DNA of 64,000 bases from Paraspadella gotoi (taxonomy: Eukaryota; Animalia; Chaetognatha). Positions 36,001-48,929 of the stretch are shown piece by piece. The notes beneath the pieces were generated by a model. It saw only the letters and a list, made by a program, of their open reading frames with translations, was not told where the DNA came from and did no database searches. The stretch spans positions 11,905,818 to 11,969,817 of the forward strand of contig CM119265.1 of the NCBI GenBank assembly GCA_051294375.1, in the 5' to 3' direction. Positions within the stretch are counted from its first letter, which is position 1, and each line of letters opens with the position of its first letter. The translations under genes were made by a program, and so were the position numbers.

Positions 36001-36903
36001 GAAAAAATTTATATATATATAATTTGAAAAATAAAGCTTGTAAAAGATTTTATTTTTATTTGTATTAAAATTAAGATATAGCTTTTCATTAAAAAGGTTT
36101 TTTTATTTCACATGTTTTTTATTGATTTAAAGATTTTTTTATGAATTTCATCTTCAATATTATTTACTGCAATATGTAAATTAGATTAAAACATTTCTAT
36201 ATAATAATTAGAATATTTTATTGAGTACTATAATCTCATTTGCATATTGCAGTAAATCATAATGAAGTATAAATTCAAACAAAAAATACTTGAATCCAAA
36301 TGTAAGAGTGATGGAGGCCTTAAACCACCAAAGCCTGTCCAAAGTCAGGGGCAAGATAGCTTATTTATTAAATGAATGGATAATTTTTATATTGGTTGTA
36401 CCAATTTCATAAAAATTTTAAAGCTATTTCATGATGAGAAGCCACTTACTATGATCGCACACTTTTATAAAACTTCATCATAATTCATAATAATTTTTAT
36501 TTATTTATTTATTTAAAAAAAACGGTCCCAGCCAAAACTATCAAAGCGTAGTAGTTTTTATACAAAAAAGCGTGACGACGACGACGTCACAAAGAAGCTC
36601 ACCCGAAACAATATCGAGCTTAAACCGGCTTCGCCGGCAGGCTCGATAAAAAGTACATTCTCTGAGAGGGAGCTCTCGAGGCATTCCGGGGTTAGTACAC
36701 TGTTACAAAATTACAATGAAAATTTAACACTAAACTTTATAGGAATCCTTGGCGTTGTCTTTGTTCTTGCGGCAAAGGGTTTGTTTGGTCTTCTTCTTCA
36801 TGTAATTGCTGACTCAGCAATGCTGAGTTCTTCTACCATTGTGGCCAATCACCTCTTTGCCGGGAATCTGTCTCCTTCTGGAAATCGTTGTCCTTCCTCC
36901 CAT

Positions 36904-38948
36904 CTGCAACAAATGGTCATAGAAACTTCAGAAAACCACCATTCGATTCGAAATAAAATTCTCTTTCGAATGATGTGCTATATGATTAACTTATTTAAAG
37001 ATTTCGCTTGACCCAGCGGCGTCAAAGTTCCACATGCGTCAGATTCATTGATTTACATATATTTTGAAACGTTGAAGGGATCTATGTGATGTTTTTAATC
37101 ATTATGGATTGAAATGAATGTAAAACTCCGATGTAGTTGTAATTTATTAAAAATTAATAAAAAAGTATTAAGCAAAATATACCGGAAGTGTAATTTTAAT
37201 ATTTTTAAACCAATTTATCTTCTCTCATGAAAGTGACGGCAAGAGGCAAACAATTCTTGCATTGTTATTGTTAACTGAATCTTTAAACTTGAAGTTCATA
37301 AGACACTGTTTGGCTTAGGTGAGATCGACGATGTTCTTCAACGCCCTGAAGCATTGCTTCGTGTTGCATTTTATTACGGGTTATTGAACCATTGTAATCA
37401 CTTGCAAATTTAACCACCCTCTCCCCAGCATCATTGAGTGGCGAAAATCCATTTACAAGCTTGCAGAATGAGTGGTAGTTGGCGTTATCATTACATTCTT
37501 CCACAGGTTTCGACAAAAAAGATGGCTCAAAGTGACAAAGCTGTGTAATAAATTATAATTATCATTGAAATAAATATATGAAATTGGTACAACCAATATA
37601 AAAATTATCCATTCATTTAATAAATAAGCTGTCTTATAATAATATATAATTAAATATAAAAATTATTGATAAAATATTGCAAATGAACCTGAAAAAACAA
37701 CCATGAATCAGACGAAACCTAATCTTCTAATTTGCTGTTTTCATATACGCATGGTATTTCCGGCTTTCCCATTTCTACTTGGACCTTTTCAGAGCTCAAG
37801 AGGGCTTCAGCCATCGACATTCTAGTTGAGTTTGTGACTTTTTTTGAAGCCAAAGCGAGAATAACCAAGCGGCCAGAAAGATATTCGGTATGTAAATCAA
37901 TCTTTCTTAGTCCAGCATGTGCCCCATCGCGATTCCTTGATCGCCACGCCATTAGATCTTCATGAAGGGAGAGAGTAAGGAATGGAGCATCCGCCATGAA
38001 TGGACAGCAGAACCAGTAATAAAATTAAATGTACAAGATGTAATTAGACATCACTAAGACATCCATTTTCTGCTGGTGACTCAAAACGAAAGAATCACCA
38101 ACGATCAGCATTTTGAGAATGTAGAGGCAGCTACCCATCCAACGAGCGTGATGTATCATGCTTAGCCTTTTTGTCACGTGAAGTTGAGCTTCTTTGCCGA
38201 AGAAAAACAGACGAGATCAACTGACTTCATATTAATTTTATTATGAGTGTGCTTTTGGCAATATAATGATAATTGATTTCTAAAATCTAAATAAATTTGC
38301 AAACTACAAAGCATTTTGTGCATAATTATTTATCTAATTTTACTCTACTCATATTCTACTAAAAATATGATATTGTAACCTTTTTCCTTAGTTCTTCCTT
38401 AGTTCTTTCAAATTGTTTTCAGGTGAAGCAAAGGGATTCGCGCGTCACCCAGTTTCCAAAGGTTAATTCTAGAGCTACGACATTAGCAGTCTCATTTTTA
38501 TCTCGTTGGTTTTTGGGCTGAGTGTAAAAAATGTCAAAGAACCGTTCCAATACTGCTGCCCCTTTTGGTGGTTCTGCCGGCGGTGGTCGAAAGTTCGCTA
38601 AGCGCTTGCAAATACCGAATTCGGGAAACAGAGGAAACTCGTCCCCTGTAGCAGAGCGAGTGTTCATGATTAATGGACTGTCTGTAAAAAAAGATTATTC
38701 TTAATAAATTAAAGAATAACTATCTATCAGTCACAGAAATTTAATAATTAACTAAATTATATCGAAAAATAATAAATATTGTAACTGAGAAAGAGTTCCA
38801 ATTTGGATGTTGTTACCTAGTTGCTTTCAACTCGCCTGGGTCAAGCGTAATATTTTTAGAAATTAATTAAATTATATACCAAACGAAAGAGAATTTTATT
38901 TCGAATCGAATGGTGGTTTTCCGAAGTTTCTATGACCATTTGTTGCGG
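36904..38948 (-). mobile_element. Decayed DNA transposon with long TIRs and transposase remnants; superfamily unassigned
   Basis: Inverted ends GCAACAAATGGTCATAGAAACTTC..ATTCTCTTTCG; ORF fragment LNDAGERVVKFASDYNGSIT..MLQGVEEHRR (37283-37516) resembles common invertebrate transposase C-termini. A lone end copy lies at ~16980-17055. Confidence 0.65.
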
Positions 38949-40213
38949 AACAAATTGTGTCTACTGAGGATCTTGGCTTTGTGGCACCCGTCGAAGAGAC
39001 TTGAGTATTACTCATTGAGTATATTTGGAATCCAATCTTCCGTAGGAAGCCATCTTTGTAATTGTAAGGCCGAGATAATCTTTGTTTTATCAATTCTCAT
39101 CAGGACCAAGAGGAATCTACAATCTTGTGAGGGAATTCTTCAGGGTTTGCTGTTAGTGGCGATAATATCCGCGAGTGGCTTATAGTGTATAAAGTTGTTT
39201 TTTTTGTTCATTAGTTTCATCAGTTTTTTTTGTTTGTTTGTTATCAGCTTGTGTCATAGCTACCATCGACGTTAACTGAACTGCCGTAATATTGAGAGGA
39301 GTAAGGAATCTTCGAAGTAACGGAAACAAGAGTTTTATTCTCAGAATCAAGTGATCACAAAATTATAGATGAAAATTCTTTGCTCTTTCTTTTGTGAGCC
39401 AGAAGAACCAAGTCACAAGCAAATTCACATCAAACCTCTATCTCTACTTTGAGTTCCCGCTCCCTGACCCCACGAGAATCCCTGCATTGTTCCCCATTGG
39501 CCCCCGACCCATGTGATCCCCTTCTACTCTTCTGTGATTGGTTCGTGGTCCAAGTGTGGTCATAGAGTTTAGGGTAAGGTCTTTGTTTGAGCTTTTGGTG
39601 AGGTCGGCTTTTCCGCCGACTGCTCTGCTGAGTCCGCTACTTCAGCTCCTGCGTATGGGTTGGGGAGGCGAGAGAGAGAAAACAGCAGCCGGCGACCGCG
39701 TGGTCAGTGAGCGTTGATGCTACTTTGTATGTACACTGTATAGGTCGGAGAGGGGACTACCGTGGCCACAGTGTTCCCCATTCCACGGTCAGCCTATATG
39801 TTTGGGGCGGGTTATTGTTTCCGCAGCTTCATGCCTCTGCTGTTCCCGGTTGTGAGGCGCAGTGACCATAGGCGTTCGTATCTCATCCGGGTGCAGCCTC
39901 TTCAGCACTCTGCGGTGGACGACTCGCTGACAGATTCCACTCTTGCCCGCCGACAGATTCCACTCTTGCCCACCATCATGTTCCTCTCTTGATCGTCATC
40001 ATGTTCCTCTCTTGATCGTCGTCATGTTCCTCTCTTGATCGTCATCATGTTCCTCCTCTGTTCACCGTCAGATTTTGCTCTTGTTCATTATCAGATTCTA
40101 TTCTTTTATTTTCTTATCAAAAATGATTTTGTCCGTCTGAAATGTTTTGAAGTTTTTGTATAAAGGTCAAATTTTTTAAAGTTTCTTCAGGTGAAATATA
40201 GATTCTCGCGTCT

Positions 40214-40333
40214 CTCTTCCGATGGCACCGCGTTGCTCTTCCGATGGCACCGCGTCGCTCTTCCGATGGCACCGCGTCGCTCTTCCGTTGGCACCGCGTT
40301 GCTCTTCCGTTGGCACCGCGTCGCTCTTCCGAT
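40214..40333. repeat. 22-bp tandem repeat (CTCTTCCGATGGCACCGCGTCG)n within a GC-richer repeat-laden segment ~39460-41290
   Basis: About 5.5 copies; 23-bp repeats at ~39974-40056 and 21-bp repeats at ~41043-41120 lie nearby. Confidence 0.9.
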
Positions 40334-42482
40334 GAATCCTTATCTTTTTGGCATATGCAGAACGCCTTGTTTGTCCGTTTTGGATGCCTCGCTCGACCGT
40401 CCAGATTGCCTCGCTTGACCGTTTTGAATGCCTAGCTTGAATGTCCCAAATGTCTCGCTTGAATGTCCCGAATGCCTCATTTGATTGTCCCAGATCTCTT
40501 GCTTGATTTTCCCGTATGTCGGGCTTGACTGTCCAGATCGATTTGCTTGACTGTCCAGAACGCTTACTTGTTTGCCGAAACGGATTTCCCGTTTGAATGA
40601 ATCCTGCTGTTTTCTTCAAGCGAAATGCTTTTTTTTTTTCTCTCAAAAATAACTTTTTCGTCTATCATTGTTATTTTTAAAATCCTTTAAAAGAAAATTC
40701 GTTCCGAATTTTTTTCTCGCGTTACATCCTCGTTGCGAGACTCAGGTTTTTTTCTCACTGCCATCTTTCCTCCGCTCGAGACTTCGATCCTTCTGGTTTT
40801 GAACTTTGGATCCGCGGCCCGTGGATTCACTGTCTTCGTTGAAAGTTGAGAACCGAATTCCCAGAGAGAGAGAGAGACTCCTCGAAATTTCGTATCTTTC
40901 GTCGTTTCGCGGCTCGTTTTTCCGTATGTTACGGCTGTCGGTTTGGCCGAATCCTTATTCCTTATTTGACGTCATCTTTGTTCGCATTTTCATCTGTCCC
41001 CATCATCATCTGCATCTATGATCGTATAACGGCAGTTCTTTCTCGCATCATCGTAGTAATGGATCGCATCATCGTAGCAATTGATCGCATCTTCGTAGTA
41101 ATTGATCGCATCATTGTAGTTTTTGTCCTCGCCGTCGCCCCTATTCAGAGATGTGGAAGCGATCGATTTTCCGCCGCTGCCAATCCGGCGCTTCCCAAGA
41201 ACCCTCCCGCTCCCGTTTTCGGGTGCAATCCTTATTTTTTTAGCCCGGATCGCTTTCGGTTTCGAGTGCACATCGCTTCCTTCCTTTAAAAATTTTACAT
41301 TTGTTATTACTTATAAAAATATTCTCTTTAGACATGTAATTCATTGGTAGAATAATTTTAAACAATCTTTTTTGTTAATAATTAACAAATAAAATTTTTA
41401 CTATGAAAAATTTTAAGATTTATAAGATTATAAGAATCGTTCGAGTGGAAATGAGTTTAAATAAAAAAAACAAAAAACCTGTTTCCCTATCTGATTTTTT
41501 CTCTTTTAATAATTGTAAATACAAGCTGCATTAATTATTCAATTAATCAATTAATTAATCAATCAATCAATTAACTAATCAATAAAAAAATTAATGCATC
41601 AATTTTTTTATCAATAAATCAATTAATCAATCAATTTATCAATCACTAATTAATAAATTTATTTATCAATAAATTATTAACAGAACCAATTAATTAAACA
41701 ATCAATTAATCAATCAATTAAACAATGTCAGTGTTATCATTGTCATCTCCAACGTCGTTGTTGCTTTTATCCTGGTCAGTGACCTGACAAAAAGACCTAA
41801 AATTTAACAGGCCTGATATGAATTTCATTTAATTGATCAATCAATCATTCAATTAATCATGACGGTATTATCCTCGTCGTCATCATCATCATGGTCGTCA
41901 TTTCTTTTGTCATAATTAAAAGACGAAAAAACAAACAAGTTTGCACTAACAATGCCAGAACTGATCAGTTACTTATTTATTCAATCAATTAAGCAAATAA
42001 TCAATCGATCAAAAAATTAAGCAATCAATTTGTCATCGTCGGTGTTATCATTGTCGTAGTTGCCATCATTAATTATTTAATTAATTAATTTAGAACAAAG
42101 TTTGAAGAGAGATTTAACATGTGAGTCGAAACATGTCCGTTTCACTATGAAATAAAAATTGTTGTTAAATCTCTCTTCAAACTTTGTTCTAAACCAAATC
42201 ACAACGAAACAGAAAGGAAAAAATCACAATGTCTAATTAATTAATTGAAATTTTTTTATAATGTTTGCCGTGACTCAAAGCAAGAATTTATAGAAAAATT
42301 TAAGGAGTGTTTTTGTGATAAAAAAACTGGTATTATCAAAACAGTAAAAAAGCAAAATGAAAAAATAATAACAACAACAACTAGTATTTATATTGGCTGA
42401 GAAAAAGTCAGCCATAACAAGGTCGGGTAAGAACAGGTCATTCTTATTGACCACTACTGTACTACGGGTCACAAAGTACAAG

Positions 42483-43197
42483 TACCCCTTTTTTGTGACC
42501 AGAAACACGTTCCGAGAAATCTACTGAATAGAATTTAATGAAATTTTGCATGCGGAGTACCAGTAGTGATACAAATGGAACTATCAAGGCGAATTTTTAC
42601 ATTCCACCCCTAAGCTGAGATAAGGGGTCCTGAGGGGGCAGCCCCTGAGGGCCACAAATGGTCAAAAAATTTTTTTTAAATTTTTTTATTATTTTTGTTT
42701 TAAACAGTTGCACAGACGTTTACTCTTCCACAAAAACGTATTTATTACCTCAAAAATATTCATTTACCTTAATTTTTAGCTTCATGAACATCAGCAGTTA
42801 AAGTCAGATTTAAATAATTTGGGAAAAATTGGAAGTAAAACGATGAACCATGCATCTTCAACCATGCTTAATTATTGCAAATTTATCAATTTTAGTTCTA
42901 AAATGTTTTTTTCTTATGTTTAAAACGTCAATGCACCTGATGCTACTAAAAAAATTTGAAAAAAATATAAAATTTAGCATTTTTTGGCCCCCCAGGGGTC
43001 CACCCCCAGGGGTCCACCCCCAGGGCCCTGTATCTCTTGTCAGGGGTTGAATATCAAAATTCGCCTCGATAGTTCCATTTATATAGTCATTAGCACTCTA
43101 AATGTAAAATTTCATTAAATTCGATTGGGTAGTTTGGTGGGAACAGATTCTGGTCACAAAAAAGGGGTACTACATTTTATAATATAAAGTCTTCTGT
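42483..43197. mobile_element. Second copy of the same MITE, outer left TIR missing
   Basis: Near-identical to 22801-23497. Confidence 0.85.
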
Positions 43198-44996
43198 ATT
43201 TATTTTATTTTAAATAAGTCGTTTAATTTTATATTCCTTTCCCTCTTCTTTTTCTTAGTAGATCAATTCGAGTTTGTTCAAAACAATACATTCCAATGTC
43301 AGGATCAAGAATGAATGAAAATTGCGGAAATTGGTATCCCTCCAAAATTTTACATAAAACAATCCCAAAATGCACGTTTTGAAATCGACTTTTCCGTGTA
43401 TAATGTAAGCGTCGTGAAACTAAGCATTTCTTTAAACAAGAAAAGGATACTTGAATTAAAGCTGAGAGGCCAAAAATTGAGTTCACATGTCCTTATAGTT
43501 GCAGGGTGGGGTCACTCCGTTACATTGTTACAGCTCTGTTTGGGCGACGAAGGTTTCGCCAACACGGGGTTGACCCTAGTTGGTCACTATGTTGTTTGGT
43601 CACGAGGGAAGCCGGTTACTGACCATCGATCTCTCTCTCCCTCTTTCTTGGTAAATGCCTCGCTCTCCCTCGATTAGTCTCTCTTAGTATCTCAACGATT
43701 GAATATGTGTCTGTCAATAACTATTGTGAAATGTATTTATGTGCCTCTACAATACCTTTTACTTATTTAATTTTTTTTTCATCAGTCATGTTTTTATTGT
43801 ATATATACTTGTATAGTATTTATTAATTGAATATCCCTCGGAAACTCGTAAAAACGAGGTTTCTCCGGGTGAAACACATTTGTGAGTTTACAATTTTAAA
43901 TCCATTTCTCTCGTTAGAGGTTAACGAGGTTAAAAGCAAAGTTAAAATAACGGCCAAAAAATGGACCGGTCGAAAATTGACTGGGAATGAGAGAAACGAA
44001 TCAAGATATCTTTCACAATTGGTTTGTTGCTTTTCATTATTTTTATAAGATAGAAACATGGCTTAAAGCTGCCTGGAAAGTAGTGTCAAAAGAATATCAT
44101 TCAAGCATTCTGATTCATTAGGAAAAAAATTTTCAAGGCTTATTACACAATCCATGAATATTAATAGCAATTATAATTATTAATTATTATTAATTAATTA
44201 TTATATTTATAATAATTTTTATGATAGAATAAGTAGCAAGTTGTTTCTTTAAATTTGAGCACTATGTTCAGTTTAAAGCATATAGTAAAATACTTCTTAT
44301 TGAATAGACTAATCGCCAGATAAATAATTTGTTTTGAAAATAATATTTACTTAATATTCAATTTATAATAAGAAAATTAACCGAGTATGGACTAAACACC
44401 AATTTCCAGTAACGTGAGACAAATGCAAAATCTGATAAGAATATAAGTTCAGATTTAAGAATTAAGATGCCTCCTATCTAAAAATTAAGTATCTCATACC
44501 ATGCTTCATTATTCATTACAATAAATAATACAGCAATGTAAAAATTATAAAATGTTCTTTGTTTTGATAAGGAATAAAAAAATAATATTAATTCTAAATT
44601 TAAACAGAAAAAAATTTAAAAAAAGATAAAAAATAAAAATCTTTTGAAACTATGATATTTATTTTAATTATATGCTATGATAGTTTTTTCATGACATTTA
44701 TGATACTGATACAACTGTCATATAACAATAAAAAACTATTAAAAACTATTAATATTGCGTATTTGCTTAATTACTGAGCGTTATTTCCGGTTTTGGACAC
44801 GCCCACTATGGGTATGAACAATTTTTTAAAAAACATTTTAATGTAAAACTTATTAAATAATGAGACTAATTGTAAGATAAAAATAATAATTACTTAAATA
44901 TTAAGTTTTAAGAAAAAGGAAAAATTCCATGTTGTAGTCAACGTCAACTTCCGGTCAATTGTGCGTGGGTCTAACGCAAAATCTGAATGATGATAC

Positions 44997-45230
44997 TGAA
45001 GAGACAGTAATTATTGTTAAGTGTTAGTGACAGAACCGTTCAATATAAGCAGTCTCTGAGCTTCGGATCAGGCTGTAACACCGTGTTACAGGCGGGTTAA
45101 GCGCCCCGTCCCTCTTAACTGCCAGGCGGCCACCGGGCTAGAACCCCGGACCTTTGGGTTGGGAGGCGAATGACTTGCCTCCGGCACCAATGGCCGCTGA
45201 TGAACGGTTGGTGGATTTTAATCCACCATA
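44997..45230 (-). mobile_element. Solo LTR, family A (tRNA head + twister)
   Basis: 234-bp copy; TSD ATAC at 44993-44996 and 45231-45234. The host repeat is uninterrupted in its inverted copy near 33290-33370, which serves as an empty site. Confidence 0.92.
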
Positions 45231-45610
45231 ATACCTTGTTAATCGTTTTAGGCACTCAAAATTATACTCGGAACTGAACAGTATTGTCAAAATTTTTGAT
45301 GAATGGTTAAAAAAAAACTGTGTACTGAATAAAATTTCAATGAACTCAAAATTCTCATTGACTTATAAATTATGTACTAGTATACGTCTAGTCGAAATAG
45401 AAGATTCATTATAAGTCTCAAGATCAAGTTGGTAAAGTGAGTAATAACTTAAAGAAAATACAGTACAAGCCACGAGAAAAAATTAAACTTGACAAACGCG
45501 TTAAAAAGCTGGATGATAGTGATACAATGAGATACAGAGATACAAAGACTTCGCTAATAATAAAGAATAAAAAAGAATAACAAACGAAAAGCACAAACAC
45601 TATAGCGTCT

Positions 45611-45819
45611 TCAACGATACTTGTAGTTGAATTTGAGTTTAACGAGGTATCTCATCCGCACTTGGTTCGAGTTGTACACGATAAATTCGTTGTACTGCAG
45701 CGAAGTATTGCTCCCTAAATCTTTACCGACTCCGCAAGGAACCACGGTTCCATCATCCATCGTGTAGTATCCCTTCTCGTCCGGCATCGTTTTTCCTTTG
45801 CCCCACGTGCTGTGCTTGC
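45611..45819 (-). CDS. Terminal exon of a PARP1/PARP2-like poly(ADP-ribose) polymerase
   Basis: After the acceptor CCTTAG: KHSTWGKGKTMPD..DGTVVPCG..TSLQYNEFIVYNSNQVRMRYLVKLKFNY*, which includes the catalytic Glu motif YNEF/YIVY. Upstream exons not found in this window. Confidence 0.85.
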
Positions 45820-45884
45820 CTAAGGTCAAGAAATTGAGTTTCAATGATACCCCGTTTCCGTTCGAGAGTGACACCAAAAAATCT

Positions 45885-46525
45885 TTACCCTCAATATTGT
45901 CGGACATTCACTTACATCATGTCAGAACATCGAATTATGATAAATTATGCAAAAAAAATTATGTCCGTCTGTCTCTCCGTCCGTCCCACCTTAGCAAAAA
46001 GGTCCAATAACTCGTGATTGGGTTGGTTGGATTGGAATGAAATTTTGTTTAAAACGCATTTACTAAAATCTTTTTACTTATTTTAACCAATAATTACTCT
46101 AATTAATCATAATTGGATGGATAGATTGAGTTGAAATTTTGTGTGTGGGTAGGAAAGTGTGGGACAAAGCTTGATATAAAGTTTCGGTGGAAACGTGCGA
46201 GTGGAAAAGAGTTTAAATGGAAAAAAACATAAGTCACATTTACTAGAATCTTTATTATTTAAGATTACTAATAAATGTTTTAAATAATTAATTGATTAAT
46301 GTGAAAAAATGATGCAAGTTGAAAAAATGATGGAAGTTTAAAAAAATGATGCAAATTGAAAAAATGATGCGAGTTGAAAAAATGATGTGAGTGGAAAAAA
46401 TTATGCGAGTTGAAAAAATTATGCAAGTTAAAAAAAATTAAAAAATATTGTGATTTATCATCTGATTAGCTGATTACCGCTTAATTATCGTAGGCAGATC
46501 CGACATTGTTTATTCAAACTTGTTT
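45885..46525 (+). mobile_element. 5'-truncated HINE copy with a different central repeat (AAAAAATGATGCAAGTTG)n
   Basis: Matches 17340 onward; ends GGCAGATCCGACATTG..CAAACTTGTT. Confidence 0.7.
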
Positions 46526-46753
46526 ATATATAAGTTTCATTTCGTGTCTAATTCATTTACTATTCTATATTTAATTTTTTATCTAACAGAGTAAAATTGG
46601 CGAAAAAAGACCATTTTAGGCATGTTCTTGGTTGAATTTTTTTAAAAATTTACATCATAAGATATATGAATTGTCATAATGTCGGTCCGCCCCCTCAATC
46701 TTGTCGGGCATTCACTTACAGGGTAGTGAATCAAAACTTAGAAAATCCGTATC

Positions 46754-47588
46754 TGTATTGAACTAAGTTCGGAGAAGTGGCGTCTTTGAATTCTAACTGA
46801 CTGGACTAATTCTGCGCATTGAAGACCAAATGAAATCGGGTATAAAATGGCGCAGAAGAGACGATGGCGCCGGTCCAGACGCCCTGGAGATGCTGACGAC
46901 AAAGTCTCAGTAGACGACGTCGGCTAAGGCCGAAATGACGACTGTCTACGAAGCCCAGGACTTGACGAAATGTCTGTAGTAAGTCTGTTGCTTGAGTCGT
47001 AGTAGAAGAAGAAGAGTCTTGAGAAGTTGATTGTCTTAAGTCTGTAGAAGATTGTAGTCTCTTGTAGTAGTAGACAAGTCTGTAGTCTTAAGAAGTTAGA
47101 AGTCCTGGGCAAGGAATAACAAAACATTTATCACAAACTCAGCAAATATATATAAATTTAAAGTGTCTTTCTTACTTGTTTCTGAAGCCAATATTAACCA
47201 AAAAGAGATGCTTCTCTCATAGAAAAGTCCACCAAACCAGCGATCACACAAAAAATAAGATTCCGAGATATCTGATAAAGAGTTTCTAATGCTCTGAAAA
47301 AGAACTAAAAACCCAGTGACAACTTTGAGATCTGAAGATGCCACGTGACCAGAATTCGATTAGAATCTTAATCGAAATCTATCGAAATCACGGGCACCAA
47401 TCAGAATCAGCTGTACACTGCCTTCGGAAATCTGTACTTAAGTATAAACAAAAGAGAGCCTAAAGATGTTGTGTCGATCGCCAGAATGGAAGCATTTTCG
47501 ATGTCAGTAATAAAGAGCAAAAGAGCAACGGGGAAAAGGTAGAGAAGCTGGATTTCCTCGTAATATTAAAGATAGTTATTTAGTAACA
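46754..47588. mobile_element. Solo LTR with 5-bp TSD (BEL/Pao- or Copia-type)
   Basis: TG..CA termini; TSD GTATC at 46749-46753 and 47589-47593. Confidence 0.88.
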
Positions 47589-48186
47589 GTATCTTTTTTT
47601 ATTGTTTGACGCATCGGATACATTTAAAGAAAATAATTCAATTGAAGATACTTAAACAAACCTTGTTCTAACTATTAAAGCAATGCAAAAAGCACTGCTG
47701 CAAAATTCACTCCTGCCACAGCACCTAAAAGAATCACAGCTGCTCTTCATAAACGCTTCTGAAAGATTGAGACACAGCACGGAGACGGTTTACCCTACGC
47801 CATTGATATTTTGGTTGAAAGTCATATGGGTCTTCCCCTTTAAAACGCTCAACTTAGCACAGTTTAGGGGAATTAGATGTGGATATTATCAGGCACGAAA
47901 ATCATTCACTCAAAAATTAAAATGTTACTGCTGCTGAAATCTTTATTTTTTTCAGCTGTATACAATAATGCCCTTTGTTACAGCCATGCATAATAGAGCG
48001 AAGTGATGAAAAGATTGAGCGATGGAACAATGTTTTTTTGCTGCCTTTGTATATGTAATATAAAATAATTAAGCCCTTTTTCAAAAAAAATTTGCATAAC
48101 AGTATCATTAATTAAATTTTTTTTATAGTAATATCCTTATAAAATCATAAAATTTCAAAATCATATTTTTTTTATTTTAAGAACAG

Positions 48187-48929
48187 TGTATTGAAACTAA
48201 GTTCGGAGAAGTGGCGTCTTTGAATTCTAACTGACTTGGCTTATCCTGCGCATTCAAGACCAGATGAAATCGGGAATAAATGGCGCAGAAGAGACGATGG
48301 CGCCGGTCATGACGCCCTGGAGATGACGACGACAGTCTCGGCAGAACGACGTCGGCTAAGGCCGAAAGGACGACGAACTGCAAAGCCCAGGACTTGACGA
48401 AATGTCGTAGTAACTTGAGAAGGTCTGTAGAGTTAGAAGTCCTGGGCGAGGAATAACAAAACATTTATCACAAACTCAGCAAATATATATAAATTTAAAG
48501 TGTCTTTCTTACTTGTTTCTGAAGCCAATAATAAACCAAAAAGAGATGCTTCTCTTCATAGAAAAGTCCACCAAACCAGCGATCACACAAAAAATAAGAT
48601 TCCGAGATATCTGAATAAGAGAGTTTCTATGCTCTAAAAAGAACTAAAAACCCAGTGACAACTTTGAGATCTGAAGATGCCACGTGACCAGAATTCGATT
48701 AGAATCTTAATCGAAATCTATCGAAATCACGGGCACCAATCAGAATCAGCTGTACACTGCCTTCGGAATTCTGTACTTAAGTATAAACAAAAGAGAGAGC
48801 CTAAAGATGTCGTGTCGATCGCTAGAATGGAAGCATTTTCGATGTCAGTAATAAAGAGCAAAAGAGCAACGGGGAAAAGGTAGAGAAGCTGGATTTCCTC
48901 GTAATATTAGAGATAGTTATTTCGTAACA
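48187..48929. mobile_element. Solo LTR of the same family, independent insertion
   Basis: TG..CA termini; TSD AACAG at 48182-48186 and 48930-48934; lacks ~90 bp present in the first copy. Confidence 0.88.

Noticed and set aside
43495-43754. Possible fifth small solo LTR flanked by CCTT
   Set aside because: Single copy, termini not cleanly TG/TA..CA/TA, and I could not find a tRNA head or twister fold.
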